Positions 13,995 through 27,102 of a stretch of 64,000 bases of DNA are shown here, piece after piece. This stretch comes from Raja brachyura (lineage: Eukaryota), in the NCBI GenBank assembly GCA_963514005.1, contig OY740795.1, forward strand, positions 52,576,001-52,640,000, read 5' to 3'. The position numbers and the translations under genes were made by a program. The notes beneath the pieces are model-generated. The model was not told the DNA's origin. It did no database searches and saw nothing but the letters and a program-made list of their open reading frames with translations. Positions within the stretch are counted from its first letter, which is position 1; each line of letters opens with the position of its first letter.

Positions 13995-15505
13995 CATTAA
14001 ACCCTTGTTTTAATGAACCCCTTTATAACTGATTTTGGTTATAGCAGACAGACCTGCCGATGCCACCCAGCTCGCACCGTGTATCCAGCCCGTCTCCTGA
14101 CACCACTCCCGGCTCGCAAAGTGCACCAGCAAGCACTTCTTAACTCGCAGTGTGGTCCAGTTGACCCGGCTGTTGTTGCGACGTTCGTAGTAGCCCTTGG
14201 GACAGCGCTTTCTTCAGGCTGCTGCCAACGACTGGACGTGCTCGGCCGCTGTCGGGCTCCTCTCCTCTCACCAGCTACCGCTCCTCTGCTGCCAGCCCGT
14301 CGCTTTGTCTACTCCGCCTAGAGTCATAGAGTGATACAGTGTGGAAACAGGCCCGTCGGCCCAACTCGCCCACACCGGCCAACAATGTCCCAGCTACACT
14401 AGTCCCACTTGCCCACGCTTGGGTCCATATCCCACCAAGCCTGTCTTATTCATGTACCTATCTAATTGTTTCTTAAACAATGGGATAGTCCCAGCCTCAA
14501 CTACCTCCACTGGCAGATTGTTCCATACACCCACCACGCTCTGTGTGAAAAAGCTACCCCTCGGATTCCTATTAAATCTTTTCCCCTTCACCTTGAACCT
14601 ATGCCCTCTGGTGGATTCCCCTACTCTGGGCAAAAGACTGTGCATCTACCCGATCTATTCTTCCCATGATTTTGTACACCTCTATAAGATCTCCCCTCAT
14701 CCTCCAGCGGTCCATGGAATAGAGACCCAGCCTACTCAACCTCTCCCTATAGCTCACACCCTCTAGTCCTGACAACATCCTCGGAAATCTTTTCTGAACC
14801 CTTTCAAGCTTGACAATATCTTTCCTCTAACATGTTGCTCAGAACTGAACACAATATTCCAAAATGCGGTCTCACCAACGCCTAATGCAACTGAAACATG
14901 ACATCCCAACTTCTATTTCTGCCTCTTTCCATCCACCTCCTCCCCTCCACCGCTGCCGCCGTCTCCTTTTCCCGTCGCTCTGTCCACTAGGCCTCTTCTT
15001 CCCCCAGAGCCTAGGAAGATCTTGGAAGCGGTGAGTGGACAAAACAACGGCGAACAAGAAGGGGCAGCTGGTGAGTGGGGAGGGAGCCCCGCCGTGACCA
15101 TGCGTCCTCTCAGTGGCAGTGGCCTGAAGAAAGCTATGCCAACCAGGGGCTACGACGTGAGCCGCAACAACAGCCGCCTCAACCGGACCATGCAACAGCT
15201 CGCAGGTGCAGATAAACGGCATCAGCGCCTAGTTTTAATGTGAAACGACACAACATGCTGGAGTAACTCAGCAGACTGAATCAGTCTGAAAAAGGGTCAC
15301 GACATCACCTACCCATGTTCCCAGAGATGCTGCCTGACCTGAGTGCCTCCAGTACTTTGTGACCTTTCGTGTATTAACCATCATGCAGTTCTATGTTTTT
15401 ACTACTTGCACAATGATAAGACTTTACTCGGTTATAGCAGACAATTGGCAATCACGGACACCATTCCACACCCCCCTTATGGTCTGTTATAATGAGGGTA
15501 TTAGA
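13995..15505 (+). mobile_element. pogo/Tigger-like non-autonomous DNA transposon, copy 1 (interrupted by CR1; contains PLE cassette)
   Basis: Left end TA|cattaaacccttgttttaatgaacccc and right end ggtctgttataatgagggtattag are imperfect TIRs. Internal inverted repeat 14160-14225 vs 15115-15190. Homologous to 38585-39442. Confidence 0.65.
14319..14916 (-). mobile_element. CR1 LINE 3' end nested in the DNA transposon
   Basis: ORF 14394..14645 ESTRGHRFKVKGKRF..FFTQSVVGVWNNLP..FKKQLDRYM; tail gggccgacgggcctgtttccacactgtatcactctatgactcta on the minus strand. Confidence 0.9.
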
Positions 15506-16160
15506 TATTAAGTTATGGATGCATCTAACATTTTATTATGAAGAAACTCAAGATATAAAAAGAAGTGTTATTAACTAGTGGTGTCCAAATATATTACACA
15601 AGGTGGATGTGAATGCTGAAGAGATGATATTTCATATGTCAGTAGGAAGTATTTAGTCGTAATCCGTCAGCTGCCAGCTGGTCTTTTCTTGCCTGTTATT
15701 TCTTTTTTTTTTTAGCTCCAAACTTTTTTTGAATTTTGATAGAAAAAATTGTCCATTATATTGATGTTTTGATGGCCATTACTTACTATAGAGTGACTTA
15801 TGATATGGCAAGATTATTAAAAATTTTAACCCAAGGCTCTTGTAGGAGTGAAAGCAATTTGCAGAAACAAGTTCCTTGCGTTCTCATAACTTATTATTAA
15901 GATCTTTACAAGTACCTGTAATATTCCTCGACAATAACCTTTACCCATCAAAGCTGCTGTACTACTGCATCCGCTCATGAACCAAACCTCCTGGTGGCCA
16001 TGGTAATTTTTTTAGATAGGGATTATGCTGCTGAAATATAAGTAGTTACAGCAGTTATATACAAAAGCTAATAATAAAATGAATTTGTATCCATCTTTTT
16101 CTCTCCAGTTCCCGACCCACCGACTTTGTGGTTTGTATTTTCAAACTTTAGAAAAACTAG

Positions 16161-17520
16161 AGACACAAGAAACTACAGATGCTGGAATCTTGAGTAAAAC
16201 ACAAAGTGCTGGAGGAACTCTGAGTCGGGCATTATCTATGGAAAGTGATGTTTTTAGGTCGGGACCCTTCAGACTGACTTGAGTAGAGGAATAATAGCTG
16301 GAAAAGATTGGTCTGGGTGGGACAAAGCCTGGCAAGTGATAGCTGGATACAGGCAAGGGGATAGGGTTGGATGAGCAGATGATTGGAGTAGGTGACAAAA
16401 GCTACAAATGAAAAGGACAAAAGGAGTGAGATAAGGAGAAGGGAAGAGAAGTGAAATATAAACCAGGTGGAAGGAATTTGCGACGATGGGGGTGGGATGA
16501 GGTGTGGGGGGGGGGGGGATAAAATGTGATGGGGGGTCTCAAGGATCGGCAGTGTGTGTATAAAGGAGGGGAAAGGAACAGGGTGAGAGATGGTGGCAGA
16601 AATGTATGTACACAGTGGTGGGAGGGGGGCAGGGCAATGAGACTGGCAAAGAGGAAATATTGCTTGAAATTGCAAAAATAAATGTTCCTATTGTTGGGTT
16701 GAAAACTGGGTAAGTAAAATATGACATGCTGTTTCTCTGCTTTGCGGGTGGCTTCACTTCGGCAATCTACGCTTGGTTCCTAAAAGGAGAGGAAGCGTAG
16801 GGGCAGGTGTCTACTTGTCAACCACATTCTGTGCTCCCAATTCAACCTCCTTTATATTGGTAAGACCAAGCAAATACTAGGTAACAGTTTCACCGAGCGC
16901 TTGTGCTCTGACTGCCAAGGCCTGCTGATCTCCTGGTTTTCAACAACTTTAATGCCCTTCTCATTCTGTACAGAGCTCTCTGTTATTGGCCTTCTCCATT
17001 GCCAGAATGAGGCCATTCACAAATTGGAGGAACCATCACCTCCTATTCCTTTTGGGTACTTTACAACCCAACAGTAAGAACATTGAACTCTCCAATTTCA
17101 AGAAATACCACCAACCTCTCTTTTTCCCTGCCCATCCCTTACCCAGTGCACACATTTCTCCCACCGTCTCCCACAATCCCAGTCACCTTGCACCTTTCCC
17201 CACTTTTGTACAGTCATCCTCCATCCACGAGTCACCCATTCCATTCCTCCAATATCCAACCATTGAGGGTTTAAGTTTCACTCCTCTTCTCTCCTTATCT
17301 GACACCGTCTAGCTTTTATCACTTACTCCACGCATCTTTCCATCGCCCCACGCATTTGTACCCACTTATCATTTGCCGGGCTTTGTCCTACCTCGTCTCT
17401 TTTGCAGCTTTCTCATCCCTACTCAATTGGTCTGAAAAAGAGTCCTGACCCAAAACATTGTCTGACCAAATTCTCCAGAGCTGTTTGTTACCCAACCAGT
17501 TGACTTCCTTCAGCACTTCT
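16161..17520. mobile_element. PLE insertion with inverted arms (minus ~16161-16765, plus ~16815-17520)
   Basis: Both arms carry decayed GIY-YIG C-terminal coding sequence and the terminal motif; degenerate flanking duplication ..aga(a/t)aaactag. Confidence 0.8.
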
Positions 17521-17769
17521 TAAAGATAAACTAGGTTCAAAATGTTTGTAAAATAAAAGTAAAATGCCATGGGTGTTCAAAGAGTCATAGTGCATGGTTC
17601 TACCACTCACCGCTATGCCAGTGTCATCTTACACTAAACCATTTTTTCTATGGTGACCAGCTTTTAATTCCTGGACTCCTCTCTTCCCTCCCCATCCCAA
17701 TTCATCTGTCACTTGCCAGTTAATCTAGCAATCAATATAATGTGTATCATTACAATCTTTATAACATGG

Positions 17770-17905
17770 GATGGAACCTAGGCGATATCCATTTGGTCAT
17801 GGGGAGAACATGCAAACTCCACACAGGCAGCACCCAAGATCAGGATCAAACCTGAGCCTCTGGAGATGCCAGGCAGCAGTGATGACTGCTGTGCCATTGT
17901 GCTGC
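17770..17905 (-). mobile_element. Decayed V-SINE head fragment
   Basis: ggggagaacatgcaaactccacacag.cagcacc..gatcaggatcaaacc, matching the other copies. Confidence 0.65.
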
Positions 17906-18197
17906 TTTCCTAAAGCAGGCTTCTGGAGCATTTTTTTAAAAAGGTCAACACAACAGAGAAACTCGCCCATTTAAAATAAACAAATGAATGCTTGTTTGTA
18001 TAGCACCCAGTCTGATGTCTGTATTAAGCATTCATTATGGTCACCAATAGCAATTTCACGCCTATATTGTTCTTTTGACTTGGTAATGACAGTTTAATCG
18101 TATACTCAGAAATGTTTCTAAAATGTAACCACAGCAATTGTTTTTCTTCAAGAGCTCTCTTTTTGCTAATAGTATTCATTACTTCTCTGCACCTATT

Positions 18198-18300
18198 TAG
18201 AAACATAGAAATTAGGTGCAGGAGTAGGCCATTTGACCCTTCGAGCCTGCACCGCCATTCAATATGATCATGGCTGATCATCCAACTCAGCCATGATCAT
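18198..18300 (-). mobile_element. CR1 3' tail fragment
   Basis: Near-identical to 33308-33390 (aggtgcaggag..ggccatt.gacccttcgagcc..accgccattcaat.tgatcatggctgatcatcc). Confidence 0.8.
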
Positions 18301-18741
18301 ATTTGCTGTTTAATATCCAGTGGATCTCTCTAAAATATTTGAGATGCAATATTATATGAAGGGGATTATGCTAATTTGTCTGAAGTTTTACGGTAGCTCT
18401 ATCATATGGATTAAGCGACTTTGACCATTACGGAATAGTATCTATATTTTGGAAGGGTTTTTCTCGTATGCAATGCTTTGCCATGTTATGGCGCAGTGTG
18501 GCATGTTTTAAACTCGGTGGAATTCCTGTGGTAGTCAAGGAATGACGTTTTGTGCTTGGGACATATATGTAAATTACAACTTGGTTTATTTTTAATCTTG
18601 GGACAGCTTATTTCTTCCTTGGAAGAATTCAATTTCTTGGATCGTCCAGTTTGCTGTTCTCCCATTTAATATAGATTTGAAAAGCTTACATTCATCAAGA
18701 AGGAAACTTCCAATTAATTGAGCTGTGTAATGGAAACTGTA

Positions 18742-19615
18742 AGATACAACATTGTAGATGCTGGAATCATGAGTAGAACGCAGTGCCGGAGAAACTGAGT
18801 GGTCAGGCAGCATCTTTGGAGGGCATGGAGAGACAATGATTTGGGTCGGGGCCCTTCTTCAGACTGATTGTAGTTGGGGCAAGAAAGCTGGAAAAAAGAG
18901 GTGGAGCAAGATAAAGCCTAGCAAATGACTGGTGGATGCATGTGAGGGGGGTATGTGATTGGCAGATGCATGGACAACAGATGAAAGGACACAAAAGGGT
19001 GACCATGTAAAAGTAAGGCCAGAGGGAGGAGGGGAGGGAGATGGGATAGTGCAAGAAATGGGGGTGCACTGGTTTGGGGAGGGGTGTGGGGGGAAGGGGG
19101 GTCACCTAAAATTAGACAATGAAATGTTGATACTGTTGGGTTGTAACCTATACAAGCAGTATATGAGGTGCATTTCCTCTGCTTTACGCGTGGCTTCCAC
19201 TCTGGCAATGGAGGAGGCCTGGGACAGAGAGTTTGGTATGAGAATGGTAAGGAGAATCAAAATGGTTAGCAAGTGGGAAATTCCAGCAGGCCTAGGCAGA
19301 CCAAACACAAGTGTTTGGTGACACAGTTGCCTAGTCTGTGTTTAGTGTCACCGTGTAAAGGAGGCCACATTGGGCAGTAGAGTAGGTACATCTGAACCAC
19401 CTCACCTGGAAGGGCTGCTGGGCTTCCTGGATTGATGACATTTATTTTCATGCAGGGTACACAAAAGGCTGGAGAAACGCAGCGGGTGCAGCAGCATCTA
19501 AGGAGCGAAGGAGATAGGCGACATTTCGGGTCGAGATCCTTCATCAGACTGGTTTATTTTCATGCAGTCTGAGGGAGGAAGTGTAGGGACAAATGTTGCA
19601 TCTCCTGTGGATGGA
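18742..19615 (-). mobile_element. Older PLE 3' fragment hosting a younger mini-element
   Basis: Minus ORF 19102..19308 ends RKAEEMHLIYCLYRLQPNSINISLSNFR (GIY-YIG C-terminus); terminal motif at about 18745-18870. Confidence 0.8.
19456..19552 (-). mobile_element. 97-bp PLE-derived mini-element with 15-bp TSD
   Basis: TTTATTTTCATGCAG at 19441-19455 and 19553-19567; hammerhead-like CTGATGAAGGATCTCGACCCGAAATGTC (19520-19547, -). Confidence 0.88.
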
Positions 19616-20329
19616 AGGGAACCAAGGATTACAGGTTCACCCATTGCTTCCCACCAAAGCCTACTACTTCTTCAACCCCTTCCTGATCTCGATTTACGAT
19701 CGCTCTTGGGTCGCTAAAGCAAATATTGTTCGCAATTGGTCTGCATAATATATTGCTTAAAATTCAAAAAAACCCTTTTTGTCCAAACAGATATATAGTA
19801 TTGTTCATATTTGCCTATGCCTATGCCTCCTTCAATTAATATCTTCCCCCAGTCTCCCATTTTGTTCTGTTCTCTCATAAAAATCATGCCTTCCCTGAAA
19901 GGTATCAATGTCATCCACTTGAGTCGTGCTATGTGACTGATGGGCCTGCATTCCTAGCACCTTCAGCATAAACAATCCTCTTGCATTATTTTTTATTACT
20001 TGGTGACTATTATTTTTAATGCCCCCTTTTCCAGATAGGTGAAAACAGTTTTTCAATATCAGCCCCATCAAATTTCTTTGTAATTTTAATGACCCCTCTG
20101 TGGCTTTTTATTAGTTTATTTCCCAGAGAAAAAGAACTGGAGACCATTCAATCACTCTTGACAGTGTCATCCTCTCAATTCTGGTAACATTATTATAAAT
20201 CTGTTTTATGTACTTTTTAGAGTGATTGGTTCTTAGGACAAAGATGACCTGAACAGGACACAATACACTGTAGTTTAAACAATGTCTCCATAGATTTAAC
20301 ATAATTTGCCCATTTTAGATTTTCTCTAA

Positions 20330-20960
20330 TATTAAACTGCTCCGTGTAGACTGTACACATCTGCATTTACTATGTACTTGCCCACTCGTTAAACATGTCC
20401 AAATTGTCTTGAAATCTCTGCATCCTCCTCACAATTTTCATTCCCGCTCAGTTTGTGTTGTCGGTAATCTCAGAATCAATACCTTACGTTTCCGCATCCA
20501 AATCTTTGAAATACGGTGGGGTCCAAGCATTGATCCCTGCAGAATTCAATTAATTGCTTGCATCACCCTAAAAATGCTACATTTATTCCTACTGTTTTCC
20601 TGTCTGGCAACCAATTCTCAATCCATACAACATGCCCCCAATCATTGGTAATTTAATTTTCCACAATAAACTTCTACCTGAGGACTGGATCAAAGGCGTC
20701 CTGAAAATCTAGATGCACCAATTCCACTTACTGTTTTATCTGTTCTATCAGTTACTTCCTCAAAAAAAAACACACCAATAGGTTTGTGAAATACAATTCC
20801 CCTTTCATAAATTAGACTTTGTCTGTTGATATTTAGCCTTTTGATATTTTCTGAGTGTTACTTTGTAACAGACTCTAGCACTTTCCCTTGCCTCTAATGA
20901 TAGGTTAACAGTTTTCTGTCTGCTGCATTTAAAAAATATATGTAAATTGCATTTGGAGGA
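20330..20960 (-). mobile_element. Old CR1 RT remnant
   Basis: Decayed equivalents of the YLDFQ.AFD and QGS.LGP motifs on the minus strand (20520-20720). Confidence 0.55.
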
Positions 20961-21849
20961 GCTATTATATAATCTGTACAATTTTGGAAGATGACAACCT
21001 ATATATTTGCTTTTTCAATGCTCTGGTTTGCAGATTATCAGTTTGGCGATTTGCTATTTTACTGAGTCTTTAATGTTGCCCGCTCTCCTTTCTTCATAAT
21101 TAATTTTCTCCTTAACTCATTTTCATCATGCACTTGGTACCCTAGCATATCTGGGAAATAATATTGGGTGTCTTTGGAGACGGAACCAAATTATTTTTTC
21201 TGCAATTTCTTGTTCCCTGTTGTAAATTGTTTTTTGATTGTAAGATGTTTACATTTGTCTTCACTAACCTTTTCAACTTACATAATTGTGGATTTGAAAA
21301 GAAGCCAAAATTGTTAATAGTCTTTAATATTTTGCATGAAGATTCATTCATTTTTGTAACCTTGTGACTCAACTGTTGTTGAATAGGCATAATTTGAATT
21401 TAGAATAATTATTCCACTTGGGGAAGAATAACAGCATTAGGTTAAGTTTTGCAACTTAAACTTTAAAAAGAAAATTAAAACTCTAGTTTGTCAGCAAGTT
21501 CAACAATTTCAGAGTTATTAGAATTCCTACAAACGAAAAAGGGTTTTGACATACGTTTAGCAAATGATATCCTGATTATTATTAAGCTTTTATTAGATTT
21601 CTCTTTTCCTATCGTTACCCTATTCAAAATAGCTTCATTACTGGCAATTCAGGTGTACATGCAACCACAAATTTATTTTGTCCAATTTTATATTATATTT
21701 TCTTTGTTGGTCTAACTATAGTGAAACCTTGCAATGTCTATGTAATTGTATATATGACTTATAGAAAGATTTCTTAATAGATCAAGGAATGCTAATCCTC
21801 TGTGCTACCCACCCACACTTGTCCAATTAGTCTTTCGTGAGATCAAGAT

Positions 21850-22400
21850 CAACAGAGTCTTTAAATGCTGCTCCCAGGCCAGTAAGGCATTATTCACTTT
21901 CCCAAACTTCACCTCCTTACACAAAGCCCAGAGCCACCACTGGGCTGCAGCGTTGTTTGTTTTCTCCTCCAGGGACTCCTTCAAGTAGGACATGTTCTCT
22001 GATTTTAAATACCTTCCCCAGCTGTGTCCCCCAAATCTCTAATTTAAAAAAAATGTGATTCTCTGCATTCCATAATGCCTTTCCCGTACAAGATCACAAA
22101 ATGAGCAAATGTGGAGTTTTTGTGAATGAGGTGATCTGTCCCCTTCATCGCAAATGCCTTTAGTTTGGTTAAATTTAAATTTTTCCTTTGCACCTGAAAG
22201 TCCTGATTAACTCCCATTGGCACCATGGGGTCCATTCAAAGTTGTCACTGAATATACCTCCGAGAGACCCACATTGTCCTGAATCAATTAAGAAATTTAA
22301 GCTTCCCAATCAGCACATTCATCCTTCCAAAGATGTTCACCCTGGCAACGGGTCTTCCTTTCCCTGATCTGACCTCAGATTTTTTTTTCTTGCCAGTGAA
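21850..22400 (-). mobile_element. Possible decayed LTR-retrotransposon (Gypsy-like) protease remnant
   Basis: Minus strand 22277-22294 reads FLIDSG (aspartic protease D[ST]G context); the surroundings are frameshifted. Confidence 0.3.
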
Positions 22401-22812
22401 AGTCCATGAAATATGTTAAATTTTCCATCAGACTAATGTGGTTTTGAGGGAGTTCACGCTGTTCATTCCCTTCATACTTTTAAATGGTGTACTTTTGTGA
22501 GGTGTCTCTTCCCCAACAAATTTGGGGGAAGAAAATCACCTTTGTAATCGATAGATTTTCTGTGGTACCTTGAGAAACTTTCCATATCGTCATTTTAGCA
22601 TCATTCAGTTTACTTCATTTAACGAAGAAACAGGCCCATTTAAATGTTACTTTAAACCATTTGAATTAAAATAGTGTGGCAACAGAAAATGATGGGTCTA
22701 TAACATTATGACAGAAGACAAAATCAGACCACCATTTCCAACTGAGATTCTAGAGATTTCAACTCTCTGAATTAGATTGTTGTGGTCTCTATGGAGGAAT
22801 AGCCAGACAGTC

Positions 22813-23070
22813 TAGTTCAGTTTAGAAATACAGTGCGGAAACAGGCCCTTCGGCCCGCCGAGTCCATACCGACCAGCGATCCTCCACACTAACACTATCC
22901 CACACACATTAGGGACAATTTTACATTCATACCGAGCCAATTAACCTGCAAACCTGTACGTCTTCGGAGTGTGGTTCTCAGAGAAAACCCACTCAGAATG
23001 CACAAAGTCCCTGCAGACAAGCACCTGTAGTCAGGATTGAACCCGGGTAGTAGCCCTACCGCTGTGCCAT
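22813..23070 (-). mobile_element. V-SINE (HE1-like)
   Basis: Same tail, V-domain and B-box (gggttcaatcc on -) as 9261-9578. Confidence 0.8.
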
Positions 23071-23969
23071 CCTTGGTACTATGGGAGACACTAGATACAT
23101 AATGCACTTTAGGTGAAAAATTAAAAGGCTTCTGACATTAATGCTCTCAGGAGAGGATAGATAAAGGAAAATAGGTGTGAAAATGTACTTATTGGTCTCT
23201 ATTTGAGATGTTGTTTACTCATGTAATGCACCACCACATCAACAGAAGCTCCAGATAACATATTTTTGAATAGTTGGCAAAGGTACAGAAACAAAAGAAT
23301 ATCTACAGTTGGAATGCTACCTGTATGTATCTTGTCAAGTAGGGAAGCACAGGGCATTTCTGAGAGTTTATCATTATTGTTGATCAAGACAAATGTACAC
23401 CGTGCTGAGTTGAACTGTGACCTGCACCAGACAAAGGCAGCGAATGAAAACTAGTTGCTGCCACCAAGATTTTGAAACTTGAAATTTAAATGTCTGCAAA
23501 AAATCTTTTATATAATTTTATCCTATGGAAAATCTCAATTTTGCAGGAAAATGATTAAAAATACTGTTGATGAATAAACCAAACAAATGTATGTAATTCA
23601 AGACCTTTTATTAACCCAGTCGGGTAATTGTCTATCTGTCAAAATTAATTACACAAGTGTATTTGTTATAATTTTTAAATTAACCTTTATCTTTCTGTAA
23701 ATTTTTGAGGGCAAATTTGGAGATAATTTATTTTCCTTTTTGAACGATGCTGATTAATAATGAAGCTGTAATAATTAAAGTGAGTTCAGAAGCAGTGGGG
23801 TAGCACAACATTCTTTCATATGCTAGCTTGAATCTAGTCCACATTGGGACAAAGGTCTTAGCAGGGTGCCAACCAAATGTTTCCATGTGAAATAAAATAA
23901 TTTTCACTGAGATGAGCCTTAATCCATTTGGGAATCTACCCAATAAATAATCAACTTGCCTAGAATATT

Positions 23970-24457
23970 GTATCCACTGTTCCAGGTGTCACTCCTTTAT
24001 ATCGGCGAGACCTAGCGCAGGCTTGGCGATCGTTTTGCTGAACACCTCTGCTCAGTCTGCCTTAACCTACCTGATCACCCGGTTGCTCAGCACTTCAGCT
24101 CCCCCTCCCATTCCCAATCTCACCATTCTGTCCTGGGCCTCCTCCATTGTCAGAGTGAGGATCGGCGCAAATTGGAGGAACAGCACCTCATATTTCCCTT
24201 GGGTAGCTTACACCCCAGCGGTATGAACACTGACTTCTCTAACTTCAAATAGCCCTTGCTTTCCCTCTCTCTCGATCACCTCCCGCTTCCCAGTTCTCTC
24301 ACCGGTCTCACTGTCTCCGACTACATTCTATCTCTGCCCCGCCCACTCCACTGACATCAGCCTGAAGAAGGGTCTCGACCCGAAATGTCACCCATTCCTT
24401 CTCTCCAGAGATGCTGCCTGTCCCGCCGAGTTACTCCAGCAGTTTGTGCCTACATTC
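23970..24457 (+). mobile_element. 5'-truncated PLE with 12-bp TSD
   Basis: GCCTAGAATATT at 23958-23969 and 24458-24469; begins in the GIY-YIG domain (CSRCHSFISA, frameshifted from C..LYIGET); hammerhead-like motif at 24362-24389. Confidence 0.9.
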
Positions 24458-26112
24458 GCCTAGAATATTATGAAGAATGATCAGTGTTAGAAATAGCAGT
24501 GTTGCACCAATCTATTCATCATTCGTGCAGCATACTGGGTTCAAGTCCCGCTCCAGAAGATCTGTGACCAAAACCATGCAAATGCTTCTAATTATTGGAA
24601 ATGCTGCATTTCAATCATACATTAGATTAACCCCATGCACATCCGACTAGGTTTTAAAAAATCTCTCGGTCCTATTGTACTTTAACCACTGTCATTGACT
24701 TCATGAAGCTCATTTCATTCAATTTCACTCAGAACTTTGGTTATTGCAGTATAATTTGACATTGTATACATTTGTACTGGAGCATTCTTTCCCCATCTTG
24801 CATTCTGCCTTTAAGTCTCTCTTTTGTGCACAAGATGCTATTCCATTGTACATTTTCATCCTGAAGAGTGTTAATTTATTTTAAATAAATATTTTAAATA
24901 GTATTTAATTTATTTTATAAATAAAATTTCAAACCTAGATTATGTTTGAATCTTGAAATTTGCCCTAACAAGAATGTTGAGTGATATTAAGTACCTATAA
25001 TCAATAGGCTCCATTCTAAGTGCATCTACTCTAAATACAGTAATTATTGGCAACTCAAAATTATTTTAACACAAAAAGTTGACACAAGAAACCACAAAGC
25101 TATCTGTACTTTTAAACAAAAACTGTACATATGTTAGTTAAGACTTGCTCTCTTTGATCTCTACTTCGTTATAGCCATTCAAAACATACTTGCTCACGTC
25201 GGCAGAAGAAAACCGATTTGATAGAAATTGACTTCCCCAGCTGGGAGGAATGACATCAAATCCATTCAACTTCTCCCTATAGAGAGTTTATACGATTGCA
25301 TGCAAAATCCACAGCTACTAAGGAGCCCAGCTAATTAATACCCTTGTGTGCAGATTATGTTGCCTTTTTCAAGATTCTCCTTTACAGATGGGATGAGTCA
25401 ATGGGAAGTTGATCACAAGGAACATGTAAAATAATTTGAAAGTATGTTGTGTAATACTCTAACTAATACAAATTAGTGAAATAGGATGTAATTTGTCAGA
25501 TTTGTCAGCTACAACTATGTAATTGGTAAAATAACTGTTATTAGCATATGTTGTATCTCAAATTGGTAACTCCACCACATGTGCATGTTATTGTAATCTC
25601 ATGGTTGGTTCTTTTTTAATGTTATTGCATGAGCTTTTATTCTCTGCCAAGATTAAAATGGGTTTGAAACCATGGGAATGATGCATGATGCAGTGTGAGA
25701 GGGACTCTCACATACCCTATCATACATTAGATAAAGGTCAGTTGTTTTTCCTCCTCAAGTGAGCCCCCAGGTTCAAAGATTACTTGATTTCACTCCAGCG
25801 CTGGCTTCTGAGGTGATGGATCAGGCTAATATGAGAATTGCATATTTTTCCAGAATAGGTGCAAGAAGGAACTGCAGATGGTTTAAACCGAAGATAGACA
25901 GAGTATAGTGGTTGGCATGGCAGATGGGCAGCTCGTATGGTAGATGGTGCACCCCATCTGGTACTCAATGCCATTCCCAAATGCCATTGCCATTGCCATG
26001 CCAAACAAAAATGGCATCTGTTTCTAGATGCCATTTCCAAGATATTTCTCTACTTCGATCATAGGGCAAGGATTCTCTGGAATCAGTGGGATGTTGCTTT
26101 TTAAAGGAGGTT

Positions 26113-26430
26113 TTTGGTTTAGTTTAAAGATACAGCATGGAAACAGGCCCTTTGTCCCACTGAGTCCAGGCAGACCATTGATCACCCTAGTTCTATGTTA
26201 TCCTATTTTCTCATCCACTTCCTACGCATTTGGGACAATTTACAGAACTACCCTACAAATCACACCCCCCCCCCCCCCCCCCCCCCCAACGACCGGAGCA
26301 ACCTGACGAAATCCACGTGGTCACACGGAGAACTTGCAAACTCCGCACAGACAGCACCCGGGGTCAGTATCAAACTGGAGTCTCTAATGCTGTGAGGAAG
26401 CAGCTCTACCAGCTGTGTCACTGGCACCCT
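26113..26430 (-). mobile_element. V-SINE (HE1-like) with internal poly-C run
   Basis: Tail and head as in the other copies; AGGTTTT on both flanks; C-run at about 26265-26287. Confidence 0.8.
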
Positions 26431-26929
26431 AGGTTTTCCTCATTTTAAGGTTTTTCTTTCACTAGTGGGTAACTTTGTGATAGAGTTCAGAATAGAGTGT
26501 TTTTAGCAAGTTGGTATCACACATGTGAACAGCATGACAGCCAATTGATTGCAATTAGGCCACCTTAAATGGTGGCGTGCGACAGGACGCTGAAGCTGCT
26601 TTGCTTCTCCTGCCAGTGGATTTGGTGGATTTTTCTGAGACTGCATTAATGATCTCATCCCTTCCTTTGGAGTGCCTCGTAAGATGGCCCAAGTTTCCAT
26701 TTTGTGCAGTTTATTGGCTTGATCTTCAATTGTCCTTTTCAGTCAACTAGGGCTGTATTGGTATAATAGTTTTTTTGCACATTGGAAGTTATACTAACAT
26801 GATCCATGTGAAGGGACCACCATTTCATACTGACATGTATGTAAAAGAAAAATTATATTCATGTGAAAACAACCATATGATGGCATCGTTTTTTATATGT
26901 AGAATTTTGCCCGTACCATCTTTTGATTG

Positions 26930-27102
26930 GGAAGGAACTGCAGATGCTGGTTTAAACTGACGATACACAAAAAATGCTGGAGTAACTCATTGTTGAGTTA
27001 ACTCAGTAACTCCGTGTTTCGGGTCGACACCCTTCGCCACCTATTCCTTTTCTCCACAGGTGCTGTCTGAATCACTGAGTTGCTCCAGCTTTTTGTGTCT
27101 AC
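26930..27102. mobile_element. PLE-derived short self-inverted element
   Basis: Minus tail, hammerhead remnant tttcgggtcgacaccctt, then plus tail. Confidence 0.78.

Noticed and set aside
24870-24930. AT-rich quasi-palindrome/duplication
   Set aside because: Low complexity; expected by chance or slippage.
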